NCBI GenBank assembly: GCA_951406725.2
Contig: OX597825.1
Span: forward strand, 56,544,001 to 56,608,000
Source: Octopus vulgaris
Lineage: Eukaryota
Length of the DNA: 64,000 bases
Direction: 5' to 3'
The notes below the pieces were generated by a model, which was not told where the DNA came from, made no database searches, and saw only the letters and a program-made list of their open reading frames with translations. This document shows, in pieces, positions 41,841 through 56,199 of the stretch. Numbering within the stretch: position 1 is the first letter of the stretch; each line of letters opens with the position of its first letter. The position numbers and the translations under genes were made by a program.

Positions 41841-42146
41841 AGTTGTTTGTTCCTTCTCGAGCCATGCCTGGCTCATAAGGGCCGGTTTCCCGGTTTCCTT
41901 GTCGTATAGGTTCCCCACCTGTGCGGGACGCCGGCCGGTCGCAGATGAGCTGTAAGATGCAGGAGGAAAGAGTGAGAGTAAGTTGTGGCGAGAAAGTCAG
42001 CAGAAGTTCGCCATTACCTTCTGCCGGAGCCGCGTGGAGCTTAGGTGTTTCGCTCATAAACACACACATCGCCCGGTCTGAGATTCGAACCCACGATCCC
42101 TCGACCGCGAGCCCGCTGCTCTAACCACTAGGCCATTTGCCTCCAC
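41841..42146 (-). mobile_element. SINE family C, full length
   Basis: Reverse complement GTGGAGGCAAATGGCCTAGTGGTTAGAGCAGCGGG..GGGTTCGAATCT, a tRNA-like head. Confidence 0.85.
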
Positions 42147-42621
42147 TGATTCCGACAGACTGAAAGGTAAAATCATTCTCGGGGGGGATATGAACTTCGA
42201 GGGTAGAGAGCTTGAAGAAATGCTGCTAAACATTGCGTCCAACGTTGCATTGATTCTGCCCACTCGCCTTCTCTGAAACAATAAAAACAACTATGACGTC
42301 AAAAACAACAACACCTACAATAACAAACAATAATAAAAAGTAAACAGTATTTTGAAGAATTGAAGCGAAAATTTAATTTTCTTATTCAAAGACAATAGAC
42401 AGACAAGAATAAATATCAATAAATAAACGTAAATTCGAAGAAAAATCACAAATATGGAATTTATTAAATAAAACAATAATAACTGTAATGAACAAAGAAA
42501 ACAAAAAAATATATGGTAATAATAACAATCATAATAATATATCAATTAAAATGATTCAAGTATTTAATAATTAACGGATGGATATTACGTAAATAAAGGA
42601 ATATTATTAATAATAGCGCTC

Positions 42622-42668
<47 letters not shown>

Positions 42669-43107
42669 GGTGGTGGTTGTGGTGGTGGTGGTGGTGGTGG
42701 TGGTTGTGGTGGTGGTGGTGGTGGTGGCGGTGGTGGTGGTGGTCGTAGCGCGGGATGTTGATTCGGTGGTGGCGTGTGTAGAGGGTAATGATGACGATAA
42801 AAATGATGGTATGATGATGATGACGACGACGAAGGCGGCGGCGAAGACGAGGGGGCGGCTGCAGTGGTTGTGGTGGTAGCTGTGGGGTGTAAGCGGTAAT
42901 GACGATATTGAGGTAGAATGGGAGTATTATGGTATTAATTTAGTTATAAAATTTGCTATAATTGATATTACGATACGATAACAAACATGGTAATGATGAC
43001 GATCATCATCATCAGCCTGAGAACAACTCTTTCCCACATATTTGACAACAATATTCATAGCAGCAACAGGCAAAAGCAACAGATAATAATAATGATGAAT
43101 AATGATG

Positions 43108-43168
<61 letters not shown>

Positions 43169-43169
<1 letters not shown>

Positions 43170-43280
43170 TCCATACAATAACCATCAGAGCATCACAACA
43201 AATCACAGCACATACCCAAGGCACACAGAGCTGCGCTCGGTAGTGAAGTGAAAGCACGCTATAAAAATAAAACTGTTGAA
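43169..43280 (+). mobile_element. R4/Dong-type element, extreme 5'-truncated copy (essentially 3' UTR only)
   Basis: 106 bp identical to 51524-51629; embedded in (TAA)n on both sides. Confidence 0.9.
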
Positions 43281-43282
43281 TG

Positions 43283-43334
<52 letters not shown>

Positions 43335-43337
<3 letters not shown>

Positions 43338-45660
43338 TGATGATGATGATGATGAATTCATTTATTTGCCTCAATGGCGAAGGATGAGGGGATAATACAG
43401 AGACAGACATAAAGTGTGTGTGTTTACGTATAATAATGAAATGATGAAAAAATGTATACACGGTAAACACTGGATGGAAAAGAAGAGACATATGCATAGT
43501 ATACAAAGGGAAAAAAGGTGGAGAATGATAGAGATGTGGCCCTCTTGATACATGAAAGCCTCTAGGGATAATCGAGGAACCCCACTGTCTGAGATTTCCC
43601 TGAAACCTCATGAGCAAATGCCCTCTCCAATTCCTTCTCTCCGACTCACAGGTCTACACTTAGAGAGGTGCTATACACTTTTGCCATTTTCGCAACTTTT
43701 ACCCACCTTTCAATAAACTCACTCGAGGACAGAATTTCCCTCTCCACTCACAATTTATTTTTCAAGTGAATCTTGAAAAATTCAATGAGAGCTCTACCAA
43801 AAAGGAATGTATTTGCCCTCATGCCTTTCAGCCGTGTCCACCAAACAACCTCTTTCGCCACAGCCATCAGGCAGAGAACAGCTTTGCCTGACCGATTGAA
43901 GGAGGGCGACGGTGCAATCATCACTACAAACTCGGCCGACAGACGGATCCCTCCTACACGTGACAGCAACTGTTCAACATAGCCCCCACAGGTCAACAAT
44001 ACCGGACACTAAACGAGGGTGTGCAGAACGGTTTCATCACTCTGCGCGCACCTCGGACAAGTCTGTCTGACAGTACATCCGTGCCTGTAGAGCTTATCTC
44101 GAACTGGTAGTGCCCCCTAGCAGCACTGCCAGGCCAAGGACACTAGCCAGTTCGTTCTCGTCCACGCCCATAGTCTCCCCGAGAACGTTGTCGCATTTCC
44201 CCGACACTAATCCTCTATAAATCTCTAAAGCGGAACATCCACCAATCCCATTGCCCGACTTGTAGATGGCTGTGAGCGCTTGTCGACATTCTAAGTGCTA
44301 GATGCCCAGTCTCGGTCAGGAGACGATCTGCAGAAAGACGAGACTCACAAACAGAACCTACACACGCTCACCATCCAGAAATCATTGCAGGTGACGTACT
44401 CTAAGCGCGTTTCAGCGCATTAGGCGCCACGGCATACCTAATCCGCCTTTCAGAGGATGCTGGCAACAGACTGACCACCTGACCATCGGAACGCGCCCCT
44501 TCCACAAGAATTTAAATAGGAGACGCTTCAATCTGGTCAAACAGTAACCGGAACAAGCACGACGGTCAGGCGATAAATGATAATGGTGACGTAAGCATTC
44601 GCCACCTCTGTCCGACCTTTCAGGGACAGCTTTCTTTCAGCCCATTTCTGAGTAAGACTGGCTACCCTGTTCGCCACGTCGTCCCAGTTCTTATCAACCT
44701 GGAGGTCGGAACCAAACCAGACCCCGAGCACTTTAACTGGTCTGTCGGTCCAGGAGCCCAACCGCAAAGCAATCGATTTGTCGGCGCTGATTTTAGTCCC
44801 CGCTACCGACTCATATTCCTTTAGGACAGTGCCGACCGTCTCCACTTCGGAGGCGTCCGACACCATGACAGTGTCATCGTCCGCGTATGCTGACACTGCC
44901 CTTTCTTGTCCAAGTTCGAAAGGGATGCTCCTTAGCTGTTCCAACTTCCGCAACAGTGGCTCGGGTGCCAATACATATAGAAGAGGGGACAGCTGGCAGC
45001 CCTGGCGAACCGAGCGTGCGATGCCAAACGGCTTCGATAGGTGGTTGTTTACTTTGATCACTGAGCAGATGCCGCTGTGCATTGCAGCGATCCAGCCTCT
45101 GAAAACGGGTCCGAAACCGACTGCTTTCAGGACTGCTTCCAAGTAGTGATGGTCGACCCTATAGATTGTTTTTTTATTGATCCAAATGGATCAGAGTATC
45201 CTCCGAAGCCAGCTATGGTCCCAGCCCTCTCTATGATGTATCGCATAAGGTGGAGGTTGTGCACGTGTACGCTTCTCCGACCAGACTACCGATGACAAGC
45301 GTCAACCTTTTCGCTAACACCTTGACTAAAATCTTAAATTCCGTATTTAGCAGAGTTATGGGCCGAAAATTCTCTAGTACGTCCCCATTGTCGGACTCCT
45401 TCCTCAATAGTGTCACCACACCTCTGCTAACACCGCCAGGAATTCTCCCATTCTGCTGCCAGTTGCAGTAGACGTCTGCCAAGACGTCGCCAAACAAATC
45501 TGGCATGAATACATAGAATTCATTAGGCAGACCATACAAACCAGGCGGTCTGCGACCTGTGCAATCGCTCGTAACCTTCCGAATTTCAGGGGCAGTTACC
45601 GGCCTCTCATATAACTTCGCATCAGCTGCCGAGAGCCGCGGCAAGCCGCCCAGGCACGAA
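43335..45660 (-). mobile_element. L1/Tx1-clade LINE, RT plus C-terminal zinc finger, degenerate
   Basis: PGLYGLPNEFY, NFRPITLLNTEFKIL, SVRQGCQLSPLLY, AYADD, VKVLGVWF, LPVRDKL..CPRC..ETVLH; AATAAA followed by an (ATC)n tail. Confidence 0.92.
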
Positions 45661-45699
45661 TAAAGACCAGTACCGTCATAATAATGATGAGGAGGATTA

Positions 45700-46030
45700 T
45701 GACAATCAATATTCTGCTCAATAATACAGATTTGCTTGTCAGTTGTTTGATTTGAACCAGTTGAGCATGTCCCTTAGCGGCTGACGATATGTACATCTCC
45801 GATCACGAGCAGAGGTACTGGAGGGGAATCCCTCCTACACGTGACAGCAACTGTTCAACATAGCCCCCACAGGTCAACAATACCCGGACACTAAACGAAG
45901 GTGTGCAGAATGGTTTCATCATGTGTTGAGAGGAATTCTTTGGGTTTTGAATAACTTCACCTCTGGAAACACGGGTGTTTCATTCAACATCTTTAAACAA
46001 CCCTTATTCAGGGACCTTTTGAGCGGGATG
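45700..46030. repeat. Interspersed repeat, unclassified
   Basis: Homologous to 52480-52690 (CAGATTTGCTTGTCAGTTGTTTGA..CACCTCTGGAAAC..CAGGGACCTTTTGAGC). Confidence 0.8.
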
Positions 46031-46079
46031 ATCACACGTCCAGTTTCACTTCAATCTTTTATGTTACGAGGGCCATCAG

Positions 46080-47330
46080 TTCCTCGTTGTCCCTTCTGAT
46101 GAGTACGAAGTTGGGTGTTTTGTGCTGGTGTTGTTTTATTTGTTTGCTTGACTGTAATGTTGACGGTCTCGTCGTTGTTGTTGTTGTTTCGGTTGTTTGC
46201 TATGAGTGTAGTATCTGCAGTTTTAGATGTTTGTGTGAGTGTTTGTTCTTGTGTCTGTTAAGGTTGTTTGCATTTGTCGGATTCTAGAGCTAGTGATGGC
46301 GTTGGTTGTGTTGGTGTTGGTGTTTTGAGGAGATGTTTGCGTGGGTGATATCTGTATCTTTTATTGTGGAGATTTTCTTTTGTCTTCTTTTTTGTCTGTT
46401 GGGGCGTTTTGGTTTTCTTTCATCTTCACTACTTGAAGATGAGGAGTCTGTGGATGTGGGTGTAAGTGTGTCTGTATTTATGCTTATATTCTTTATTCAT
46501 GTGTGTACTCTTTGGTGTAAGTGGAATGGGAGAGCTTTCCTCGTTTTCCCCTAGCTTAGTTAATGTCTTTGGTAGTGTTTCATTTGTTGTTGCTGGTGGT
46601 TTTACCGGTGTTCCTTTTGGTTGTGGTCCTCGTCCCGGTGTAGGCAGCAATGGAGGCCTTCGACCCCTTGTACTTTTTGTCACTTGGGGGTAGCTAGCTC
46701 ACAAATGAGTACAGTCTTCACAAACGAAACAATGCAACCGTCTGCCCTCAGTCATTATGTACAATACCGTCCAGTTTTTTTAGACAGATATGGTCCGGGA
46801 CTCTCTTAAAGTTTTCGCACTTGATTTGGAGAAGGATCTCCAGATCCAACCCGGACCAGTCCTCCATGACAGCTTTTGTTAACTCTATCGGGACGGTTTC
46901 CGACCCTTGCTCGATTACGCATTCCAGAAGCCACCACATGTGAAATCCTGGTGGATTCCTGGGAATGCGGACACGCGCTATTCTTTTCCCATATGGAATG
47001 GGTACATAATAGCCTTGCTGGTTTTGCAAGGGGTCAATGAGTGCTTCATAGCGAGGGCTTCTGAGTTAAAAAGCACCAAAATGGTGCCGTTTTGTCTGCC
47101 CTTTGCTATATATATGTATTCGTTATTATCCCTGATACATCTCAGCTGACCTTCAATAACCGCCTATGCTATTAATGCTGGTTTCTTTGTCTCTGCTAAG
47201 ATGCATCTGAAGTGAACTGTTTTTGTTCCCACTGCTTCAATTGACTCTTTTGGCATGTTTAAGTTGGCCCAGGTTTGCTCATGTTTGATGAGCATGCAGG
47301 CTTTCGCTCATCTCTCCTCTTTGTTTGTGA
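46080..47330 (-). pseudogene. LINE ORF1/gag-like relic, copy A
   Basis: IAKGRQNGTILVLFNSEALAMKHS..MGK/RIARVRI ... TEGRRLHCFVCEDCTHL*ASYP (degenerate CCHC), then a P/T/K/Q-rich tail. Confidence 0.65.
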
Positions 47331-47928
47331 GGTCTATGCTATAACGTAATCTTGTTTTGCTTCCTGCCGCAGCGAACGTGTTCTTGTTGTTGGTGGTGGT
47401 AATATTGGTATTATTGTCGTTTTTGTTACTGCTACTACCTTTCGTAGTGTTACAGCTTTTACTGTCTCCACCACCACCATCGCTACTGCCTCCGACACCT
47501 CTACCATCGACACTCTTGTCACTGCTGCTGTGTTGTAACTAATTTCATAAGCTTCACGAGCTTTCACATTGCATAGGCAGCTACTGTTGTTGTTGTTGTT
47601 GCTGGGGGAAGTTGTCTTCTGTGGGAAGGCTGTAGGAGAGATGTCTTTCTCCCTCAATGGTTGCTGATGGCGATGATAATAATAATGATGACGACGTCAT
47701 CTTGTCTGTGTTCTTTTTTAATGCAATGGATAATTAAATGAATAAATATGCCTCCTTACGGGGCAGAAACAGCCACCGAAAACCTATCAACAGGTTCTTA
47801 GTCTTCTTATCGTCAATTTATAAGAAAAATTACTAGCATATATTTGTACAGACAAGATGAAAAGCCCAGCTCAAAGCATAACTTATGAAGCGTTTTGGAA
47901 GGAACGTTTTAAGTATCCCGCAGCAAAT

Positions 47929-47963
<35 letters not shown>

Positions 47964-47989
47964 AGAAGAAGAAGAAGAAGAAGAAGAAG

Positions 47990-48019
<30 letters not shown>

Positions 48020-48020
<1 letters not shown>

Positions 48021-48600
48021 CGTCTTCTCTATGTTTGGACGGTCTGCCCTCCACACTGATCCCAGAACAATTTTCACTTCCATGAGGTTGTCGTTACTTT
48101 CCAAAACGGTGCGCGTAAAGGTCCTCTATGAATTTACTCGGATGGAATACCTGACATCTTTATCCTCTCCGTCCTTCTTCCTAAATACGTTTGATGGGAC
48201 ACATATTTTTCGTTCCGACTGGGAACCACGGAATGTTTGGCGGTCAGAGATCCAGTCTTGAAGAGCACTCAAATGCTCACAAACTGCTCGGCTCTCGAAA
48301 TATGTTGAATGTTGAGCATTACCTCTTTCAATACATCTTCAACATCCGCCTGATCAGCCGTGTCCAAACGCTTTGTGTTTATGAAAATACTTTTTTAAAT
48401 TACGATTTGTGTGTGTGTGTGTGTGTGTGCGTGAGCGCGTGTATGTGTGTCTGCCAACACCGCCAAGGCAGAAGGCAAAGTCTGCTCACGCTTTTTTCAA
48501 GCCATATCAGTTTGGCTGATTGGGCTAAACATATATCTATCTGTAAAACATCCATCCCGTATAGCTCTGCGCGCTTCGTAGCCGTTGCTGCGAATGTATT
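48020..48600 (-). pseudogene. LINE ORF1/gag-like relic, copy B
   Basis: VEDVLKEVMLNIQHISRAEQFVSI*VLFKTGSLTAKHS..TYLGRRTERIKMSGIP ... ISVEGRPS. Confidence 0.6.
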
Positions 48601-49319
48601 GTTGTTATTGTTGTTGATGTAGTCGTTGTTATTTACATTAGAAATGTGGTTACTATTATTTTGGGGGCTTTTCCCTCTATCTTAATTCTCGTTGTTGCAG
48701 TTGTGGTGTTGGTGGTGGCGGCGGTTGCGGCGGCGGTGGTGGTGGTGATGGTGGTGATGGTAGAATATGTAGTGGCCATTCTCGTACTTTAATTGTCATT
48801 GTTCTTGGGCGATGTTTTTGGTACTCATTTATAGCGGGGAAATCAGCTTCATAATTGGGATTAAGTTACTGTTGTGTTATCGTTGTTGTTGCTGTTGCTG
48901 TTGTCGTTGTTGTTGTTGTTGTTGTTGCTGCTGCTGCTGCTGCTACTGTTTGTTGTCATAGTGGTACTATGGTCCAATCTACTTCGAACTTATAGAATAC
49001 TCACCTTCCCTTCCATTTGAAGGTAGAAGGCGGAGGACTCTAATGTGTCATGCACCTCACTATTAAATTTACCTCTTACTTCTTCCACCATATCACTTTG
49101 CAGGGCGGATGTCATCACGATTTTTTTGATTTTTTTAATTATTTTTTTCCAAAACAAAAAGAATAATTTCTTTTCGGATTTGAGCCTCCAAAGGGGCACA
49201 AACAAATATAACAGCGAGATCAATGCAGTGGCGGTGGTTTCGACAAACGTTTTGAAGCAAAAGCAATAAATAACTTTTGGAGACAAATTAAAACGATAAC
49301 ACTTCATCGACTCTATACC

Positions 49320-49600
49320 AAAAGAGCGAGTCATATCCAATGGCCAAAAGTCCTTTGGGTCATTCACCTTCCTTAGAATCTTTGCTGTTCCTAACAAGGC
49401 CGTTGTCTGCTTCAGCCTCGTTCTGTTGGTAATTCCAAGCTTCTCAGGCTATGCAGCAAACCTTATATTAACGGCTCTCAATGCGCCAATCAAAAATGGT
49501 ACCATTTCTACATACCTGATTCTCCACAGTTTCCTGATTTCTGACTTCAACTCCTGATGATATTGCTCCACTTGCTCACTTTCCTTCTCTTCTCATTCAC
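49320..49600 (-). mobile_element. R4/Dong-type 3' remnant (RLE C-terminus)
   Basis: QELKSEIRKLWRIRYVEMVPFLIGALRAV..TALLGTAKILRKV; 5' side lies next to a long (TAA)n tract. Confidence 0.8.
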
Positions 49601-49621
49601 CGTGTGGTCTCACGGTGAAGT

Positions 49622-49930
<309 letters not shown>

Positions 49931-50439
49931 GCGTTGATTCTGTTCGCGTTAATGTTGGAATTATTGCGAATATGTCGTTCATTGCTCCCGATACCCCTTC
50001 CTTCGCTCCTTTCTGACCTTCTTTCCCTTTCTCCTTCAAATAAGAAACAAAGATAACTATAACAACCACCATTGTGAGAATCATATCTCACCGCCACCAC
50101 CATGGCCACGACGGGGTGTAATGAATTTCTGTTGTAAATGTTGAAATAACAATTAAAAATAAAGGAAGTGTCTTCTAAATGTGTGGAATATATAACAATT
50201 AAAATCTGCTTCTTATAATAGCAATAACAGCGACAAATACAACAACAACAACAATAATAATTATTAATATGATGATGATGATGAGGAGGAGGAGGAGGAG
50301 GATTATGATGATGATGGTGATGATGATGATGATGATGACAACACCAACAACAAAGTACAACACTATAAACAAAAGATCTAGGTTAAGTCAGCGAAAACAA
50401 ATTTAATTGAATAGAAGTTGCAGCTTCAACTACAATGCC

Positions 50440-50564
<125 letters not shown>

Positions 50565-50582
50565 TAATAATAATAATAATCC

Positions 50583-50785
50583 TGTATACTAAAGGCACAA
50601 GGCCTGGAATTCGGCGAGAGGGAACTAGTCGATTACATCGACCTTCTTTGGTACTTGATTTGTCGACTCTGAAAGGATGAAAGGCAAAGTCGACCTCAGC
50701 GGAATTTGAACTCAGAATGTAACGACGGGCGAAATACCGCTAAGCATTTCATCCACATTGCTAACGACTCTGCCAGCTCACCGCG
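50583..50785 (-). mobile_element. SINE family A copy within (AAT)n
   Basis: GAAAGGATGAAAGGCAAAGTCGACCTC core and GCTAACGACTCTGCCAGCTC head. Confidence 0.85.
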
Positions 50786-50793
50786 TTAATAAC

Positions 50794-51635
<842 letters not shown>

Positions 51636-51750
51636 TAATAATAATAATGATAATAATGATAATAATAATAATAATGATAATAATAATAATAATGATAACA
51701 ATAATAATAATAATGATAATAATGATAATAATAATAATAATAATAATGAT

Positions 51751-52137
51751 AGCAGGAGTGGCTGTGTGGTAAGTAGCTTGCTAACCAACCACATGGTTCC
51801 GGGTTCAGTCCCACTGCGTGGCATCTTGGGCAAGTGTCTTCTGCTATAGCCCCGGGCCGACCAATGCCTTGTGAGTGGATTTGGTAGACGGAAACTGAAA
51901 GAAGCCTGTCGTATATATGTATATATATATGTGTGTGTTTGTGTGTGTGTTTGTCCCCCTAGCATTGCTTGACAACCGATGCTGGTGTGTTACATCCCCG
52001 TCACTTAGCGGTTCGGCAAAAGAGACCGATAGAATAAGTACTGGGCTTACAAAGAATAAGTCCCGGGGTCGATTTGCTCGACTAAAAGGTAGTGCTCCAG
52101 CATAGCCGCAGTCAAATGACTGAAACAAGTAAAGAGT
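51751..52137 (+). mobile_element. SINE family B, full length
   Basis: Close match to 41324-41738. Confidence 0.9.
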
Positions 52138-52141
52138 AATG

Positions 52142-52263
<122 letters not shown>

Positions 52264-52315
52264 GTGGTAATGGTGATGGTGATGGTGAAGGTGATGGTGA
52301 TGGTGATGGTGATGG

Positions 52316-52370
<55 letters not shown>

Positions 52371-52371
52371 A

Positions 52372-52816
52372 CTGGTGCAGTACCAAGCAGTGGTTCTCAT
52401 GGCTTTTGATCTTAACTGTTTGGAAGTGTTATCATGTACATTGTTTTGTCTTGGTATAAAAAATGAGCTACAGCAAATATTTGGCTCAATGCACCAGATT
52501 TGCTTGTCAGTTGTTTGACCTTAACCAGTTGAGTATGTCTCTTGGTGGCTGGCGATATGTGAATCTCTGATCACATGGCCATGTGCTGAGAGGAATTGTT
52601 TGAGGTTGAATAATTCACCTCTGGAAACAGGTGTTTCATTCAACATCCTGAAACAACCCTTATCCAGGGACCTTTTGAGCAGGGTGGGCTACTCAACCTG
52701 AAGAAAACTATAACTGGGCCCAACCTGCAAAGTCATGAGCTGTTTATCTTGATAGGAGATGACCATGTCGCGCACATATGGTTGTGAGGTATGTACCTAG
52801 AGTACCTTTATCAGAT
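52372..52816. repeat. Interspersed repeat, unclassified (longer copy)
   Basis: Homologous to 45700-46030. Confidence 0.75.
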
Positions 52817-53083
52817 GGGGCCTGCAGACCAGTCCTGGTTTGAGGCTATTTCAGCCACTCTTTAATAATGAAAAACGTCGCTAGAAGGTGGTAGAAGTTC
52901 GCTCCCTTGCTCCCAATTATCGGATGCAGCTCTGTATCGTTAACCAGCTAGAGGAGATGTCCTCTTGGGGTTACAAAATCACAGTACAGTCCGTTCGAAC
53001 AACAGCCGTGTTGAAGTGGCTACGGTTATTACTTGACAGTACAACTACTGCGTTGATCTCTAAGAGCGACTGTGTATTCGCTT

Positions 53084-53162
<79 letters not shown>

Positions 53163-53451
53163 CAAATAGAAGCGAGCTACTGCCATCTCCAGCAGATAAG
53201 ATATCTAGTATTCAAGGGTGCCAGAAATAGCCCGAAACCAGGACTGGTCTGCTGACCCCGTCGCTAGAAGGTGGTAAGAGTTCACTCTCATTCTCGAAAT
53301 TTATAGGATGCAGCTCTGCATCGTTAACTAGCTAGAGGTGATTTCATCTCACGGTTAAAAAATCGCAGTATACTCCGTACGAACGTACGGCCATGTTGAA
53401 GTGGCTACGAATATTACTTGATAGCATAACTGCTGCGTTGATCTCTTAGAG
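52817..53451. repeat. 190-bp direct repeats each preceded by a 45-bp module, the two modules inverted
   Basis: Direct repeats 52876-53067 and 53259-53451; inverted modules 52817-52862 and 53214-53259. Confidence 0.8.
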
Positions 53452-53518
53452 ATATTTTAGAACTAGCATTTTTGCTTATCTATATATATGTATGTGTGTA
53501 TACATACATACACACACA

Positions 53519-53640
<122 letters not shown>

Positions 53641-53658
53641 CATACATACACACACATA

Positions 53659-53692
<34 letters not shown>

Positions 53693-54450
53693 TATATATA
53701 TGCATATATATATATACATGCACATATATATAAATGCATATATACACACACGCATATAGATGTATACACAATATATACACACTCTAGCAGAAGTATATAG
53801 TTATATTTATATGCGTGTCATTTGGCCTATGTGTCTGTGTGTGTGTGTGTGTGTATGTATGTGTGTGTGTGTGTGTGTTATGCGTAATATTGCGTGAATC
53901 TATACTTTAAAAAAAAGTTAAGTTAAATATGAAAAACTTTGAGAATTTCATAAAATAAAAACACATTGCTTCTCTGTTGCCGATGTGCTGTTACCGGTAG
54001 GTCGTTTCGAGGCTGGTTGGTCACTCTTCAGGGAAGACGTACTTGATTTCGTTCGCACAATCAATACTGCTGAATATTCAGCTACTATAATAATGCAATG
54101 ATGAATTAAATCAACTATTGCCGTAGTAAATAGCTTAATTTTCTTATTTGTCCTTTAAACGACTCGACATTAATTAAACAATATATTTTTATGCACAACA
54201 AAGCATGAATCAGCGGAACATTACTAACATGGTGGTCACTCTGCAATTTTTCACGCTTTTTCTCTCCCACTCTTTTAGTTTCACTCTTTCTCTTTTTTTT
54301 GTCTTCCTTGTTTTCCATCTCTCCAACATAGCCAAATTTCTTTTCTTTTTTTTTTTTTTGCTTTTTGCCATTTTCATTTTCCTTCGAGTAATTGTTCAGT
54401 CATCAAACATATTCCAATAGAAAATATTGTTTCTTCTTGTTCTGCTCTTC

Positions 54451-54482
<32 letters not shown>

Positions 54483-54555
54483 TATCATCATCATCATCAT
54501 TATCATCATCATCATCATTATCATCATCATCATCATCATTATTATCATCATCATT

Positions 54556-54594
<39 letters not shown>

Positions 54595-55415
54595 TATTAC
54601 TCCTACTTCTCTCCACCACCTCCTCCCCTCTGCTTTTCTCCTGTCTCTCCCACCTTCCTTTTCTTCTTCAACAACAAAATCTTTAATACTTGTACTACTA
54701 CATTTGTTTCTTTTAAACACTACCCCTCCAGCCAGGTTAATTTCATTTGTGTTTTGCTCTACAGATATTGGTTTTGCTAGAAGATAAAGAAAAAAGGAAA
54801 AATTAGAAGAGACAGCAAGAGCGAAAGAAGTAGTGGATGGTCAAGTAGAAGAATGAGAAGAAGAAGAAGAAGAAGAAGAAGAAGAAGAAGAAGAAGAAGA
54901 AGAAGAGGAAGGTGATGATGATAATGTTGGTTTTGGTAATGCTTGTTGTGGAGGTGGTAGTGGTTGTGGTGGCTATGGTGATAGTAGTAGTAGTAGTAGT
55001 AGCAGTAGTAGTAGTAGTAGTGGAGGTTGTGGTGATACTGGTTATGGTGGTGGTAGTGATGGCAGTGGAGGCACCAATGTTTGTGTGACCGTAGTGATGA
55101 TGGTTGTAGTGGTGGTGATGGTAGTGATTGTGGCGGTGGTGCTGCTTGTGGTGATGATGGTGATGGTGGTCGTAGTCGTCGTAGATGTGGTGGTTGTGAT
55201 GATGATGAAGAGAAGGAGAAGGAGGAGGGTAACGATTGCTAAGAACAACCTCATAGAAATGGTACAAAATTTTCGAGTTTTACAGCTTGAATTCATAAAT
55301 TATTTTCACTTAGATTCATCACGTGGGAAATGTTACAGGCGATAATGAAATGCAAGAATGAAATGAAAAGCAAGCAACTCTGCTTGTACAACTAGCTGCT
55401 ATTATTATTATTATA

Positions 55416-55454
<39 letters not shown>

Positions 55455-55455
55455 A

Positions 55456-55660
55456 GATGGCGAGCTGTCAGAATCGTTAGCACGCCGGGCGAAATGCTTA
55501 GCGGCATTTCATCTGTCTTCACGATCTGAGTTCAACTTCGCTGAGGTCCACTTTGCCTTTCATCTTTTCGGGGTCGATAAATTAAGTACCAGTGAAACAC
55601 AGGGATCGATGTAATCGACTTGTCCCCTCCCCAAAAATTTGAAATCTTGTGCTTCCAGTA
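55456..55660 (+). mobile_element. SINE family A copy within (TTA)n
   Basis: GGCGAGCTGTCAGAATCGTTAGCACGCCGGGCG head and CTTTGCCTTTCATCTTTTCGGGGTCGAT core. Confidence 0.85.
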
Positions 55661-55690
55661 GTAAGAATTATTATTATTATTATTACTACA

Positions 55691-55753
<63 letters not shown>

Positions 55754-56199
55754 TTCAATATTATTATATTTGCTGCGGAGTATCTCGAACGTGTTTTCGA
55801 ATGCTCAAAGTAAGTTCATTTTAGAACATTTGTTTACACTAGTTTCTTGCCGTGTTTTCAGTTTACATTTTGTTCTAAGTTGTTAAAAGAAACACCAGGA
55901 ACCTACCACTGGTTTTCTGAACATGTTTGGGCCCTCGCAAGGCTATATTGGGCCCACCAAATAAGTTCGGTGGTTATTTAATCATATATAATTCAACATG
56001 ATGGCGGAGCAAATCTTGAAAGAGTTAAAAAAAAACATCGACAGCAACAGAGGCAGCAGTGACAGCAGCAGCAGCAGTAAGCAACAACAACAGTAGCGAC
56101 GACAACAACAAAAACAATAACAAAAATAAAAGGTTTGCTGATGTAGCAAAGAGAGAAATGTTTGCCAAAGAGAGAGAAATATAAAGAGAAAAGTTTGCC

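Noticed and set aside
42075-42146. Possible tRNA gene
   Set aside because: It is the tRNA-derived head of a multi-copy SINE with no complete acceptor stem; the same applies to the heads at 10228-10270 and 22230-22272
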